From UHGV virus genome UHGV-0179208: a stretch of DNA of 12,964 nt. One strand, written 5' to 3'. This DNA is from a virus. A model generated the notes under the pieces. The model worked only from the letters and a program-made list of their open reading frames with translations. It searched no databases and had not been told where the DNA came from. The translations under genes and the position numbers were made by a program. Of this stretch, positions 1-7,410 are shown piece after piece. Positions within the stretch are counted from its first letter, which is position 1. Each line of letters begins with the position of its first letter.

Positions 1-85
1 TATTAATATGGTCTTTAATAAAATTTTCTTGAGCTTGTTTATTTTTAAATTGATACCATTTATTAACTTCAAATCTAATAGCCAT
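1..85 (-). CDS. 5'-partial ORF (first 28 codons, [28 protein letters not shown]...), gene continues past the window start
   Basis: Manual translation: ATG at 85..83 shares a base with the TAA of the upstream ORF (TAATG); frame stays open to position 2. Not in the ORF track. No function assignable. Confidence 0.35.
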   Translation of the reverse strand, partial: MAIRFEVNKWYQFKNKQAQENFIKDHIN

Positions 86-300
86 TAATAAATTTCCTTC
101 AAGTAAGTTGTACCGTCTTCAGTGATTTCACGGAATACACCGTAAATTGGTTGTTTATCACCAACCTTTTCATACACATAAACCGAAGTCAAGTGAGTAA
201 ACTTAATGGTGTGTTCCTTTTGAACTACTACCAAATCTGGATCGAATAATACATCTTCAAATTCGTCATTAGTGCAATTCTGAACAATTTTACGTTTCAT
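85..300 (-). CDS. hypothetical small protein, 71 aa
   Basis: ORF track. ATG at 300..298 preceded by GAGGA (reverse complement of 308..312). Lies in the position where T4 has cef/goF but I do not recognise the sequence. Confidence 0.55.
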   Translation of the reverse strand: MKRKIVQNCTNDEFEDVLFDPDLVVVQKEHTIKFTHLTSVYVYEKVGDKQPIYGVFREITEDGTTYLKEIY

Positions 301-313
301 TACAATTTCCTCA

Positions 314-538
314 TTAATTAAACAGTGGAGCGATGCGTTTCAGAAGAGTAGCAGCACCTTTGGCGAATTTTACATCATGAAAAACAGTTTCTTCTTCCGT
401 TACAACACGAGCTTTAATGTTTTCACAATCCCAATTTTTACGAACAATCTTCAAAAGCTGCAGTAAATCTTTACATTCAGCAATATCGATAACACATCCA
501 CGAGAATCTTCCATTATCGCACGATAACCGTAAGCCAT
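314..538 (-). CDS. hypothetical small protein, 74 aa
   Basis: ORF track. ATG at 538..536; upstream Shine-Dalgarno is weak. Same strand and packing as neighbours. Confidence 0.5.
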   Translation of the reverse strand: MAYGYRAIMEDSRGCVIDIAECKDLLQLLKIVRKNWDCENIKARVVTEEETVFHDVKFAKGAATLLKRIAPLFN

Positions 539-607
539 ACCATAATCGTTGAAAGATTGCTCGATGATAATTAAGTTTTACATTTTATTCTCCAAGTTGT
601 TTTCTGT

Positions 608-650
608 ATCAGTAGTTGATATTGATATAGTACCATAATCAACTACTGAT
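608..650. repeat. perfect 13-bp inverted repeat (atcagtagttgat / atcaactactgat) with 17-nt spacer, intergenic
   Basis: Read directly: 608..620 is the exact reverse complement of 638..650. AT-rich stem and no U-tract, so not a classic intrinsic terminator. Confidence 0.6.
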
Positions 651-679
651 GTATATAGTTTTATGAAAAAATTTAAACT

Positions 680-1168
680 TTATGCATAGAGAGCATTGCT
701 ATAGTGTTTAATCCAACTTTCAGGAATGACTTTGTATGTTCCTAAAAATACCACATTGTACAACTTAACACCATCTTCTACCCATTGATCGGTAATATAT
801 CCACACATAGCGCGAGTATAAGCAGCCTTTCCATCATCTTTGATAAATTTAAATTCGCAAGGAGCAATGAACTTAATAGCTTGACCGAGTTTCCACTTAA
901 AGTCTACACCTACATGTGAAGTATCAATCGTTTCAATTCCTTTAGCAGGAACAGCTTTCAAAAACGCAGATTCAAGAAATTTCGCACGAACATAGCCAAA
1001 CTGAGGTTTAGACTTTCCATCTTTAGGAATGATACGCACTTTTACTTCAGAATCTTCATCTTTAACGCCATGTTTAAGCTGAATGCTTACAATTTCGACC
1101 AATTTTCCTGCTGCTTTAGAGCGGGATTTATCAGATACACGAGCTAATTCACCAATATTAATAATCAT
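680..1168 (-). CDS. MotB-position protein, 162 aa (possible MotB-like DNA-binding protein)
   Basis: ORF track. Size (162 aa) and position (three ORFs downstream of dexA in transcription order) match T4 motB as I recall it. Name is tentative; I do not recognise the sequence itself. Confidence 0.45.
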   Translation of the reverse strand: MIINIGELARVSDKSRSKAAGKLVEIVSIQLKHGVKDEDSEVKVRIIPKDGKSKPQFGYVRAKFLESAFLKAVPAKGIETIDTSHVGVDFKWKLGQAIKFIAPCEFKFIKDDGKAAYTRAMCGYITDQWVEDGVKLYNVVFLGTYKVIPESWIKHYSNALYA

Positions 1169-1206
1169 AGTTATTTCTCACTTGTTAAAAAGATTTTATA
1201 CTCCGC

Positions 1207-1241
1207 GGGACCATTATACTCTGGTCCCAAGAGTTTGTAAA
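1207..1241 (-). promoter_or_regulatory. sigma70-like early promoter candidate (minus strand TTTACA-17-TATAAT) overlapping a 7-bp-stem hairpin
   Basis: Minus-strand TATAAT = plus 1213..1218; TTTACA = plus 1236..1241; 17-nt spacer. Inverted repeat gggacca (1207..1213) / tggtccc (1222..1228) puts the -10 hexamer in the loop. Sits 40-70 nt upstream of the ATG at 1168. Confidence 0.4.
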
Positions 1242-1679
1242 CTAGCTTACACGAACATTAATCACTGCGCTGCGAGGAACTACGGAGTACTCTCCAGCAT
1301 GAACTACATTAAGAAGTTCAACGCCATCTTCAATCCACTGGTCAGTTACCCAACCGCCAATCGGATTCGCGAATGGACGACGAATATAAACTGCCTTACA
1401 CAACAAATCAGTCGGGTCTTCAGGTTTTTCAATTTCTGTCAATAGACTAAAATCTTTTTCATAAATAATAAGCGGTGATACCATTCCATAATAGTTTCTA
1501 ATTTCAATATACATCATACCGATAAGAATTCCGCTATTAACACTAATAACAGTAAAAGGATATCCGCCAGTTAAACCAAGAAGTTCACAAAACTTATTAT
1601 GAGCTGTATTAGACAGTACAGAAAAATTCTTAATTTCATCAAATTTTTTCAATTGATAAACAGCATTATTTTTAATCAT
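1242..1679 (-). CDS. hypothetical protein, 145 aa; paralog of the C-terminal half of the 162-aa ORF downstream (motB.1 position)
   Basis: ORF track. Shares TDQW(V/I)EDGV(K/E)L(Y/L)NVV...G(T/E)Y.V(I/V)P with ORF 680..1168. ATG at 1679..1677. Confidence 0.65.
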   Translation of the reverse strand: MIKNNAVYQLKKFDEIKNFSVLSNTAHNKFCELLGLTGGYPFTVISVNSGILIGMMYIEIRNYYGMVSPLIIYEKDFSLLTEIEKPEDPTDLLCKAVYIRRPFANPIGGWVTDQWIEDGVELLNVVHAGEYSVVPRSAVINVRVS

Positions 1680-1689
1680 AATTTTCTCT

Positions 1690-2190
1690 TTAATCTAAGG
1701 TAATAAAGCCTTTTAATTCGGCATGGGATTTGCGGAACATTACTTGGTGCCCACCAATGATAACTTCATCTTCAGGAACTTCGTATACAGCAAGATAAAA
1801 TCCTTTAGAAGCTAATTCTTCACGCTCTTCTCGTGTGAACCATCTCATCATATCATATTCACTAGCGAAAGCAAAATGATAAAGACCTATAAACCATCCG
1901 GGAATATGATATTCTACTCCAACATAATCTTTCTTGAACTTAGTATTAATTGCTATATTAGCATTTTTAACTAATAATTTGTCTTCGCGCGGAAGAGGAA
2001 TTCTTTTGTTATCATTACTATGATGTGTAAAATTAGGTCTATCATAACCTACGTGTAATAACCACTCTTCGCTCCATGAATCTATTATACTCCTGTATGG
2101 CGTTATTTGAACACAAAGATTTCGACGTATTGTTATAGCATCTTCACAATTAAGAATACTAAACGATGATTCAACACGGTAAATTTTCAT
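1690..2190 (-). CDS. hypothetical protein, about 166 aa (motB.2 position); ORF track extends it to 2229 via a TTG
   Basis: ORF track 1690..2229. The first in-frame ATG is at 2190..2188 and is preceded by GAGGA; the track start at 2229 is TTG and lies upstream of the predicted promoter start site. Confidence 0.65.
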   Translation of the reverse strand: MKIYRVESSFSILNCEDAITIRRNLCVQITPYRSIIDSWSEEWLLHVGYDRPNFTHHSNDNKRIPLPREDKLLVKNANIAINTKFKKDYVGVEYHIPGWFIGLYHFAFASEYDMMRWFTREEREELASKGFYLAVYEVPEDEVIIGGHQVMFRKSHAELKGFITLD

Positions 2191-2217
2191 TTTATTATCC
2201 TCAGTAGCTATGGTGTT

Positions 2218-2246
2218 ATAATACCACAACTAACAGAGGAAGTAAA
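2218..2246 (-). promoter_or_regulatory. T4 early-type promoter (minus strand TTTACT-17-TGgTATTAT)
   Basis: Minus -10 TATTAT = plus 2218..2223 with TGG immediately upstream; -35 TTTACT = plus 2241..2246; preceded by A-rich AAAAAGTTG. Same module recurs at 5844, 7179 and 9281. Confidence 0.5.
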
Positions 2247-2253
2247 CAACTTT

Positions 2254-2937
2254 TTATCGTTTTGTTGGAAGAGATAGAGGATCGCACTCTTCCTCTGACG
2301 GAGCATCTTCAAGACCCATAGCATACCGCAAAGCATACTTCATCATCAGGATGTCTTTCGCACAGTCATGAATAGAATCATGTACAACGAATCCATCTAA
2401 AGTTCCCTTTGGAAGAGGACACGTGGTCATATCACGAACAAGCAGAAGTGCTTCAATTCTGGTACGAATATCACGTTGATTCCAGAATTTACATGGTTCT
2501 AACTTAAATGTGTCAAGTTCATTCTCGGAAACGCCGTTAAGACGCTGAATATCGCGAATGAGATCGACTAAAATTGGAAAATCAAACGACATTCCACGGC
2601 ACCAGCCTTGAGATTTCCAAGGATCGATGTTATGTGCATTGATGTAATCATTAAATTTTGCAATACCATCGATAGTGCTTACATCTTCATCTGATGGTGC
2701 AATATTTTTTCGAGCTTCAGGAGACTGATTTTTCCACCATTCGATAGTGCTTTTAGTAAAAAGACGATGTCCTTTTTGGCTTTTTAAATCAAACTTGATT
2801 TTAATGCCGCGTGAAACTAATTCATCAAATGTTTCAACTACTTCTGGATTAGGGTCAAAGGCAATAACAGCCAAATCAATAACAGCTGCCTTTTCACCGC
2901 TTCCCATTGTTTCAAAATCTATAATAAAATCAAACAT
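2254..2937 (-). CDS. dexA: DexA, 3'->5' DNA exonuclease A (DEDD family), 227 aa
   Basis: ORF track. N-terminal DFETMG exonuclease motif (Exo I D-x-E); 227 aa equals T4 DexA; located downstream of dda as in T4. Confidence 0.8.
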   Translation of the reverse strand: MFDFIIDFETMGSGEKAAVIDLAVIAFDPNPEVVETFDELVSRGIKIKFDLKSQKGHRLFTKSTIEWWKNQSPEARKNIAPSDEDVSTIDGIAKFNDYINAHNIDPWKSQGWCRGMSFDFPILVDLIRDIQRLNGVSENELDTFKLEPCKFWNQRDIRTRIEALLLVRDMTTCPLPKGTLDGFVVHDSIHDCAKDILMMKYALRYAMGLEDAPSEEECDPLSLPTKR

Positions 2938-3179
2938 TAAATTTTCCTCGCTAAATCGCGAATTTGACCTACAGTATAATCTTGGATATAAACTTTATTA
3001 ATGGGCTCATCAATAAATTTTGCCATAGATTCAATATCTTTTTGTATCTCTTCAAGACTGTATACTATCTTTAAAGCTTTTTCGCGAATAGTAACATTAT
3101 CAGGTCCTGAATTTTCTTGAATGACAGCTTTAACATTTGCCATAAGAGATTTAAACTGATGCAAACTTAATTCAATCAT
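2937..3179 (-). CDS. hypothetical small protein (dexA.1 position), about 80 aa from the ATG at 3179 (ORF track gives 91 aa from 3212)
   Basis: ORF track 2937..3212. ATG at 3179..3177 forms an ATGATTGA overlap with the stop of the upstream ORF. C-terminus resembles that of ORF 3172..3432. Confidence 0.55.
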   Translation of the reverse strand: MIELSLHQFKSLMANVKAVIQENSGPDNVTIREKALKIVYSLEEIQKDIESMAKFIDEPINKVYIQDYTVGQIRDLARKI

Positions 3180-3432
3180 TAATAATCGCCTTATAAAGAT
3201 GGCTAATTTCACCTAAAATGTAATCACTGATTGTAACAGTTTTTACTTCACCACAAAAGAATTCTAACGCAATCAAATCTCGTTCAATTTCTTCCAATTG
3301 AAGCATTAACTTGCCTGATTCAATTTTTACATTTCTGCGATTTTTACTATAAGCTATTTCATATATTTCGCTCACTTTATCTTGAAGTAGATAAAACTGG
3401 TCTTTAGTTATTTCCACGAATAGCTTCCTCAA
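3172..3432 (-). CDS. hypothetical small protein, 86 aa (dexA.2 position); paralog of the adjacent ORF
   Basis: ORF track. Shares LEEI..D and a C-terminal (I/T)(Q/S)DY.(V/L)G(Q/E)I motif with ORF 2937..3179. Confidence 0.55.
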   Translation of the reverse strand: MRKLFVEITKDQFYLLQDKVSEIYEIAYSKNRRNVKIESGKLMLQLEEIERDLIALEFFCGEVKTVTISDYILGEISHLYKAIIND

Positions 3433-3438
3433 ATTTAA

Positions 3439-4758
3439 TCATACGTAAAACACATCATAACGACCACGAGTGACACCAACATAAAGAAGCTGCTGAGCTA
3501 ATTCAGCATCTGCATAATGAATACAAGGCGTATAGATGAAAGCACGGTCTACAGACATACCCTGAGCTTTATGGAATGTTGACGCAGGAAGTGCTTTCAC
3601 TTTACTAAACTGTGATTTAGCATCCCAAAAATCACTCCACGGAGCTTTTCCACCTTTATTCCAATTTTTGTAAGTTTCTGCCGTTTTACCTAAAAATAAG
3701 TTAAACTTATACAGCTCTTCATCAGATGAAATTATTTTAATCTTTTCACGATAATATTCATCATCGCCGTAAGTTTCTACTGTTAAATCCCAATGACGAA
3801 TTAGATATTCTCCAGAAACACCACGAGCTTTAACAAAGGTTGATGTATACTCTGCTTCTATAATACGAACTAATTGTCCGTTATTAAAAATAATTTCTGA
3901 CACAGGCTTTCCATCAATTTTATATGTTTTAATTAATGGTTCCTGCATTACAATAATTTCACCGACAATAAAATCTTTATCAGTTTCAAAAATCTTTTTA
4001 CGAATGATGCTATTTAACTTATCAACAGATTTATTCGTAAATGCCATTACGCGATTTTCAAACAAATCATCTAGTGATTTGACGATTGAAAAATAATTTA
4101 CCATAAAATCGCGTAAAGCGGTATCACCGGTAAATCCACGTACTCCATGACCGTCAACAACTTTATCATAAATCCACTTACCGTTACGAACGTCAGTAGC
4201 TACATCAATAATAGGAGCATTACTGCGTTTAACTTCAGTGAGTTCACACTGATAAAAGTCTTTGTGTGTAAAGAATGGACTGATATAAGCAGTGTTTTCT
4301 CCTGGGTCAACAGGTCTAATTTGCTTATTATCGCCTATTCCAATTATAGTACACCACGGCGGGATAGTTGAAAGCAGAATTTTAAATAGCTTTCTATCAT
4401 ACATTGATACTTCATCGCAGATTAATACCCTGCATTTAGCTAAATCCGGTACTTCTTTTTGTTCAAAAAGAACGTTTTCTTCATATGTTACTGGGTTAAT
4501 TTTGAGAATACTGTGAATAGTACTTGCTTCTTTCCCAGATAGTTTTGAAAGAATCTTTTTAGCTGCATGAGTAGGAGCTGCTAAAATAATACCAGTTTCA
4601 CCTGTAGATATTAGGGCTTCAATAATGAACTTAGTAAGAGTAGTCTTACCAGTACCAGCAGGTCCATTAATAGTTACATGATGTTTCTTTTCTTTAATAG
4701 CCCTCATAACGATGTTAAAGGCATTTTTCTGGCCTTCTGTCAAATCATCAAATGTCAT
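3439..4758 (-). CDS. dda: Dda, SF1B 5'->3' DNA helicase, 439 aa
   Basis: ORF track. Walker A GPAGTGKT, Walker B DEVSM; length and overall sequence agree with T4 Dda as I recall it. Confidence 0.93.
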   Translation of the reverse strand: MTFDDLTEGQKNAFNIVMRAIKEKKHHVTINGPAGTGKTTLTKFIIEALISTGETGIILAAPTHAAKKILSKLSGKEASTIHSILKINPVTYEENVLFEQKEVPDLAKCRVLICDEVSMYDRKLFKILLSTIPPWCTIIGIGDNKQIRPVDPGENTAYISPFFTHKDFYQCELTEVKRSNAPIIDVATDVRNGKWIYDKVVDGHGVRGFTGDTALRDFMVNYFSIVKSLDDLFENRVMAFTNKSVDKLNSIIRKKIFETDKDFIVGEIIVMQEPLIKTYKIDGKPVSEIIFNNGQLVRIIEAEYTSTFVKARGVSGEYLIRHWDLTVETYGDDEYYREKIKIISSDEELYKFNLFLGKTAETYKNWNKGGKAPWSDFWDAKSQFSKVKALPASTFHKAQGMSVDRAFIYTPCIHYADAELAQQLLYVGVTRGRYDVFYV

Positions 4759-5066
4759 CGGAAAGTCCCTGCAATTGGAATACTAACAATACGCCCAGTA
4801 TCTAGAATTCGTTGATATAATCTTTGTGTATCTACATCAGGCTTAACATGTTTAACTTCTATTTTATTAAACCAAAACTTGCGTGGAGTCTCAACTAGTC
4901 TTGGAATTCCCATACCTAAAGCTAGTTTATATTGGTCTTTGAGAGTAGTAAAAACTCTATCAGCAATCTCTCTTTCAAAAAACACAGCAGGACGATGTTC
5001 ATCAAGTGGAACTGGCGCCGTAAATCCGTCTTTGTCTCGGTAAACTATCGCATATACATAAACCAT
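4755..5066 (-). CDS. hypothetical protein, 103 aa (dda.1 position)
   Basis: ORF track. Its stop overlaps the dda start (ATGA); synteny with T4 dda.1. Confidence 0.6.
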   Translation of the reverse strand: MVYVYAIVYRDKDGFTAPVPLDEHRPAVFFEREIADRVFTTLKDQYKLALGMGIPRLVETPRKFWFNKIEVKHVKPDVDTQRLYQRILDTGRIVSIPIAGTFR

Positions 5067-5067
5067 A

Positions 5068-5814
5068 TTATCCTCGGATAAGTTTAAAAATTGAACAATT
5101 TAGCGGGTATCCTCTTTTCAGTTTAAGTTTATCAATAAAAGACAAGTTTTGATACCGCTCTACACCTTGAATAATTTTATCACACATATCATATTGCATT
5201 TCTGCTTCTGACAACTTTTTCACAATTTTCCAATCCGAGCCTTTAAGAAGAACGTTCAGTTTAACAACTTCAGCGCCTTCTGCTATGCGAGAACCATCAA
5301 TACGAGCTTTAAGTGCTATAATCCTTAGCTTAATGTCAGAGGTCTGTTTTGATTTAGAAAGCTGAGAAATGTGTTCAATTCGATTTTCACGTTTTTTCTG
5401 TATAGCTTTAATTTGATTATAAGTCTTTTTGATTTTAGCCCATTTCTTTTCATCTAAATTTAGTTTATGAACTTTTTTCGCAGATGAACGACCAATTCGC
5501 AAAGCAAATAAATCACGCTTTTCAATCAACTCTTCTAAAGTATAATCAGAACGAAATGTATTATACTTTTTCTTTACTGCAATAACATTCCCTTTAATGT
5601 ATCCAATGTTATTATCAAAACGTTCTAATGATAATTTCTCTCCTTCAATACGATTATCAAAAGGTTCTCCCGAGTAAGCACAAACTTTTTGATCTAAAAT
5701 GTTCTTAATGTAATTGAAGTCTAAGTTAAAATCTTTAGAACGTCTTTTTGCAGATGCCTGAGTATGCTCTAAACGACGTTTAATTTTACGAATTTGGTTA
5801 TTAGACAGTTTCAT
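5068..5814 (-). CDS. srd-position protein, 248 aa (possible Srd-like regulator); contains a degenerate HNH-like segment
   Basis: ORF track. Position between dda.1 and modA matches T4 srd. Segment CAYSGEPF...LSLERFDNNIGYIKGNV resembles an HNH fold without the catalytic His. Very K/R-rich. Confidence 0.5.
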   Translation of the reverse strand: MKLSNNQIRKIKRRLEHTQASAKRRSKDFNLDFNYIKNILDQKVCAYSGEPFDNRIEGEKLSLERFDNNIGYIKGNVIAVKKKYNTFRSDYTLEELIEKRDLFALRIGRSSAKKVHKLNLDEKKWAKIKKTYNQIKAIQKKRENRIEHISQLSKSKQTSDIKLRIIALKARIDGSRIAEGAEVVKLNVLLKGSDWKIVKKLSEAEMQYDMCDKIIQGVERYQNLSFIDKLKLKRGYPLNCSIFKLIRG

Positions 5815-5843
5815 ATTTTCTCACGGACGGTTAACTTACTTAT

Positions 5844-5872
5844 ACTATATCATTTTTACTTCAGCTTGTAAA
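5844..5872 (-). promoter_or_regulatory. T4 early-type promoter (minus strand TTTACA-17-TGaTATAGT) upstream of the srd-position ORF
   Basis: Minus -10 TATAGT = plus 5844..5849 with TGA upstream; -35 TTTACA = plus 5867..5872; preceded by AAAGTTG (plus gtaaacaacttt, 5868..5879). Confidence 0.45.
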
Positions 5873-5884
5873 CAACTTTATGTA

Positions 5885-5912
5885 AAATGCTTTAAAACTT
5901 TCGTGGTATAAT
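5885..5912 (+). promoter_or_regulatory. plus-strand middle-promoter-like element (MotA box aaaTGCTTTA, 12-nt spacer, TGgTATAAT), antisense to modA
   Basis: Plus strand: TGCTTTA at 5888..5894 preceded by aaa; TATAAT at 5907..5912 preceded by tgg. Matches the T4 middle promoter arrangement. No plus-strand gene follows it. Confidence 0.35.
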
Positions 5913-5929
5913 GAATCTAAGTCCTTCCA

Positions 5930-6532
5930 TTATAGATTAAATCCTTCAAAATCAAGAGTATAGATAGTGTATGTTGAATACTTTTTATACTCATATCTAT
6001 CTGCAATTCTAAATACACTTCCAGCTGGTATCATTACTTCTTGTTCATCTGAAACTAATTCCATATTACGATAACGATGGCTATCCGGAAACTTAAAGTT
6101 TGGATTGTATTCTTTACAGCGTAGAGCTTTTATAGCATACTCCTGGAAATTGAATACCATAGGAGCTTTGAATTCAAAAATAACTTGTGTGTTATACTCT
6201 AAACCGGAAGCAAAATGTAGAGCTATATTTTTATCATATGAAGCTGATACGACTTAATCAAAAGTAATAATAACAATTCCTTCATTTAATATAAGTTTAG
6301 TCTCAACTGGAACACCTCTCCAAAGAGGTTTATCGTTTGGAACCAAACGAGATTTGATTATTTCATTTAACCAAGTATGGTCATCTGGTTTGTTGGTAAT
6401 ACAACGAATTAAAAGTTCAATTTCAGATAAATTAAACCCTTCAGAAAGCAATTCTTCACGAATAGAAGCACGCACCGATGCATCCATTGATTTTATTTTA
6501 AAATCTTTTAGTTGCATTACTGAGTATTTCAT
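5930..6532 (-). pseudogene. modA: modA-like ADP-ribosyltransferase, 200-codon frame interrupted by one in-frame TAA (codon 93)
   Basis: ORF-track ORFs 6254..6532 and 5930..6160 are in the same frame. Manual translation of 6161..6253 is open (VVSASYDKNIALHFASGLEYNTQVIFEFKAP). The only stop is TAA at 6254..6256. Motifs: LWRGV before the stop, VSAS just after, DEQEVMIP in the C-terminal part. Confidence 0.6.
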
Positions 6533-7152
6533 TCAACTACCTCAATATCATAAACTTTAAATGTTCCAAATGAATCGTGTAATTTTTCTTTTGAAATAGA
6601 AGTTATTTTATACTTTCCAATTGGAATCATCCATTCTTGTTCACGCACAATCATCATTAAGTTATCAGTACGCTCTGAATCTAATCCATCAGTATCTTCA
6701 TACGTGTACTTAAACTCAGTATTAGGAGAAGAAAGTATAATATCGCTGATATGGTCAGAATAATTAAAAGCTTTATTAGTTTTTAAACGAAGTATTATTT
6801 TAGTAAAATATTCAGCATAAGAAAAAGAACACGCTGTATGCAAACTAGTAGTAAATGAATCTACCCTGTTCGTTGAAAACACTTCTCCAACTTGTAAATC
6901 TTTAATAAGTTCTTTTGTCGATTTTGATATACCACGATATAGCTGATAAGGTGATTTAGTTAAATGCTTTTTAACGATTTTATTCAACTGCCGATGAAGA
7001 GCTTCATTCTTTTTGGCTTCCATACATTGCCAAAGAACAGACTGCTCAAAGTCAGTAAATTTTTCACAGACCTTTTTATACATATCATATTGAAAATCAA
7101 CGCTTTCAGCTTTTATAGATAACTGTTCAACATCTGCAGGATTAATAATCAT
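6529..7152 (-). CDS. modB: ModB-like mono-ADP-ribosyltransferase, 207 aa (R-S-E class)
   Basis: ORF track. Catalytic motifs LYRG (Arg), FTTSL (S-T-S), REQEWMIP (E-x-E); 207 aa; immediately upstream of the modA-like frame, as modB is in T4. Confidence 0.7.
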   Translation of the reverse strand: MIINPADVEQLSIKAESVDFQYDMYKKVCEKFTDFEQSVLWQCMEAKKNEALHRQLNKIVKKHLTKSPYQLYRGISKSTKELIKDLQVGEVFSTNRVDSFTTSLHTACSFSYAEYFTKIILRLKTNKAFNYSDHISDIILSSPNTEFKYTYEDTDGLDSERTDNLMMIVREQEWMIPIGKYKITSISKEKLHDSFGTFKVYDIEVVE

Positions 7153-7178
7153 GATAGCCTCCGTATACTTCAGAAGCT

Positions 7179-7207
7179 ATCATATCATCGTTAGAAAGGA
7201 AAGTAAA
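7179..7207 (-). promoter_or_regulatory. T4 early-type promoter (minus strand TTTACT-17-TGaTATGAT) upstream of modB
   Basis: Minus -10 TATGAT = plus 7179..7184 with TGA upstream; -35 TTTACT = plus 7202..7207; AAAAAGTTG upstream; GGAGG Shine-Dalgarno 5 nt before the modB ATG. Confidence 0.5.
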
Positions 7208-7219
7208 CAACTTTTTGAA

Positions 7220-7402
7220 TTATTTTGCCCAGGGAGCCCAAGGCGGAGGGTCAAGATGGTATGAAGCTAGTTCTTCTAGAAGAGCATCTGGGGCTTCAAT
7301 TCCATAATTCTGTAATACTATACGGTACTCTTTCTTATAATCACTAGAATCATTCTGGATATTCGTAGAATGATTATCTTCTAACATCTCAAATAAATCC
7401 AT
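7220..7402 (-). CDS. hypothetical small protein, 60 aa
   Basis: ORF track; ATG at 7402..7400; consistent strand and packing. Confidence 0.5.
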   Translation of the reverse strand: MDLFEMLEDNHSTNIQNDSSDYKKEYRIVLQNYGIEAPDALLEELASYHLDPPPWAPWAK

Positions 7403-7410
7403 ACTAATTC

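Noticed and set aside
3299-3305. Minus-strand TGCTTCA MotA-box-like heptamer inside the dexA.2-position ORF
   Set aside because: No -10-like hexamer at the required 11-13 nt spacing downstream.
6254-6256. Programmed stop-codon readthrough or recoding at the modA TAA
   Set aside because: No recoding signal is evident (no downstream pseudoknot-like GC structure, no selenocysteine-type element). A simple nonsense allele or a sequencing error is more parsimonious.
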